Assembly: GCF_001194135.2 (NCBI RefSeq)
Contig: NC_068985.1
Location: forward strand, 14,095,382-14,130,571
DNA length: 35,190 nt
Direction of reading: 5' to 3'
Source: Octopus bimaculoides
Lineage: Eukaryota
Of the stretch, positions 33,630 to 35,190 are shown piece after piece (the first letter of the stretch is position 1; every line of letters begins with the position of its first letter). A program made the translations under genes and the position numbers. Under the pieces are notes generated by a model. That model was given only the letters and a program-made list of their open reading frames with translations, searched no databases and was not told the DNA's origin.

Positions 33630-33959
33630 NNNNNNNNNNNNNNNNNNNNNNNNNNNNNNNNNNNNNNNNNNNNNNNNNNNNNNNNNNNNNNNNNNNNNNN
33701 NNNNNNNNNNNNNNNNNNNNNNNNNNNNNNNNNNNNNNNNNNNNNNNNNNNNNNNNNNNNNNNNNNNNNNNNNNNNNNNNNNNNNNNNNNNNNNNNNNNN
33801 NNNNNNNNNNNNNNNNNNNNNNNNNNNNNNNNNNNNNNNNNNNNNNNNNNNNNNNNNNNNNNNNNNNNNNNNNNNNNNNGATGGTGGTGTGGGTTTCTGC
33901 TCCGACATCCGAAACTCAGAGTTTTATCATGGCTACCGAATAATTGTCACATATTATTT

Positions 33960-34028
33960 ACAGATAAATTCCTCTATTTACATAATATCAAAGTCTCTTT
34001 CTTTCTTTTGTTGCCTTACTTTTTCTAT

Positions 34029-34079
<51 letters not shown>

Positions 34080-34252
34080 ATTGATTGCTAGCCACTAAGC
34101 CTTTTTTTAATTTTCTCTCCCTTCTTATTTCTGTGTTCCTTTCTGTTGAAGAGCATAGGCTCGAAACGTAAAAGACTTTCCCACCTTCTGTTTGTTGCTT
34201 ATACACCTGTCTTCGTCTTTTGTTTTGTTTGTTTTTTTTGTAAATTCCAACT
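33960..34252 (+). mobile_element. Probable Penelope-like terminal repeat with a degenerate minimal hammerhead motif
   Basis: CTTT-CTGTTGA-A-GAGC-ATAG-GCTC-GAAA-C-GTA-AAAG at 34139-34174, in pyrimidine-rich context interrupted by (TA)n. Confidence 0.5.
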
Positions 34253-34283
34253 ATACACACACACACACACACACATACATATA

Positions 34284-34492
34284 CAGGGTTGGCCAAAATT
34301 TCATAAATACTATCTGTAATTCTGTATTGAGTCGAATAGAAAAATGTGTCCCTCAAGAAGGACTTCAATTTTCAATTTTCACGATGTTTCATATTTAGAT
34401 GCTTTTATTAAATTCATTCAGTTGTTAAACATGAATAAATCTTGGAATTAAATGGTTTTGATTTACTGCCAGGTGACTTCTGGCCAACCCTA
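34284..34492 (+). mobile_element. Tc1/mariner-type MITE, complete, TA TSD
   Basis: TA-CAGGGTTGGCCA ... TGGCCAACCCTA-TA; TIR match 11/12. Confidence 0.85.
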
Positions 34493-34663
34493 TATAACAT
34501 CATAATGAACTTATAACATCATAACTGACAGAGAGCCAGCAGTTCACAAAGCATGAAATTATGCTCAGCAATACTCTTTCAAATCCTCATTATATTTCAA
34601 CCTGTATAATTATGCTCTCTCTTCTTTTACTGAAATTATAGTTTTATATAATCATATGATGCT

Positions 34664-34772
34664 TGATAGCATAGACTCAATGACTGATATCATATCTTAC
34701 TTAATGACAGACAGCATAGACTTAATGACTGATAGCACATATTACTTTATGACTGATAGCATGTCTTACCTA
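34664..34772. repeat. Minisatellite with alternating 21- and 24-bp units
   Basis: TGATAGCATAGACTCAATGAC / TGATATCATATCTTACTTAATGAC / AGACAGCATAGACTTAATGAC / TGATAGCACATATTACTTTATGAC / partial unit. Confidence 0.8.
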
Positions 34773-34846
34773 AACCCATGTATTACACTCCGGTAATTTT
34801 TTTAAACAACTTTACTTTTTTATTCTTTTATTCTTTTACTTGCTTC

Positions 34847-35148
34847 ACGATTGTGAGTTTGTGAGTTCGAATCCTGGACCGGGCTGCATGTTGTGTTCTT
34901 GAGCAAGACACTTTATTTCACATTGCTCCAATTCACTCAGCTGTAGAAATGAGTTGCGACATCACAGGTGCCAAGTTGTATCAGCCCCTTTGCTTTTCTC
35001 TTTGCCTTTCACGGTGGCGTGGAGATGGGAGGCTGGTATGCCCGAGCGACTGTTGGTCTTCCATAAACAACCTTGCCCGGACTTGTGCCTGGGAGGGTAA
35101 CTTTCTAGGTGCAATCCCGTGGTCAGTCATGACTGAGGGGGGGTCTTA
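34847..35148 (+). mobile_element. 5'-truncated SINE (head B, tail Y)
   Basis: Collinear with 19770-20070 (GAGTTCGAATCC..CTTTCTAGGTGCAA..GGGGGTC). Confidence 0.85.
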
Positions 35149-35151
35149 GCA

Positions 35152-35190
<39 letters not shown>
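35149..35190. repeat. (TA)n microsatellite
   Basis: Read directly from the sequence. Confidence 0.95.

Overview
Repeat-saturated, low-GC eukaryotic DNA (intronic or intergenic) with about 4 kb of N gaps in 10 blocks, most of them beside microsatellites. The SINE families and the microsatellite load look like a coleoid cephalopod, most likely Octopus. That assignment comes from my recall of these repeats, not from a database search. I find no supportable host protein-coding gene, rRNA, tRNA or CRISPR array, and most listed ORFs are translations of microsatellites or N runs. The window is a layered transposon graveyard. DNA transposons: decayed Tc1/mariner transposases of about three lineages, plus piggyBac-, hAT- and Tc1-type MITEs with visible TIRs and TSDs. 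Non-LTR fragments: R4/Dong-like RLE, RTE, CR1-like, Tx1/L1-like and Penelope-like. There are also many tRNA-derived SINEs with shuffled modules. The most interesting structures are a SINE multimer with the same 217-bp period at two loci, a fold-back pair of Penelope-like fragments, a SINE/LINE pair sharing a 3' tail with a covarying stem-loop, a degenerate minimal hammerhead motif, a piggyBac MITE with twin internal palindromes, and a MITE carrying telomeric repeats with CCAAT/CRE-like motifs in its TIRs. I cannot support a wholly new biological system from this sequence alone.
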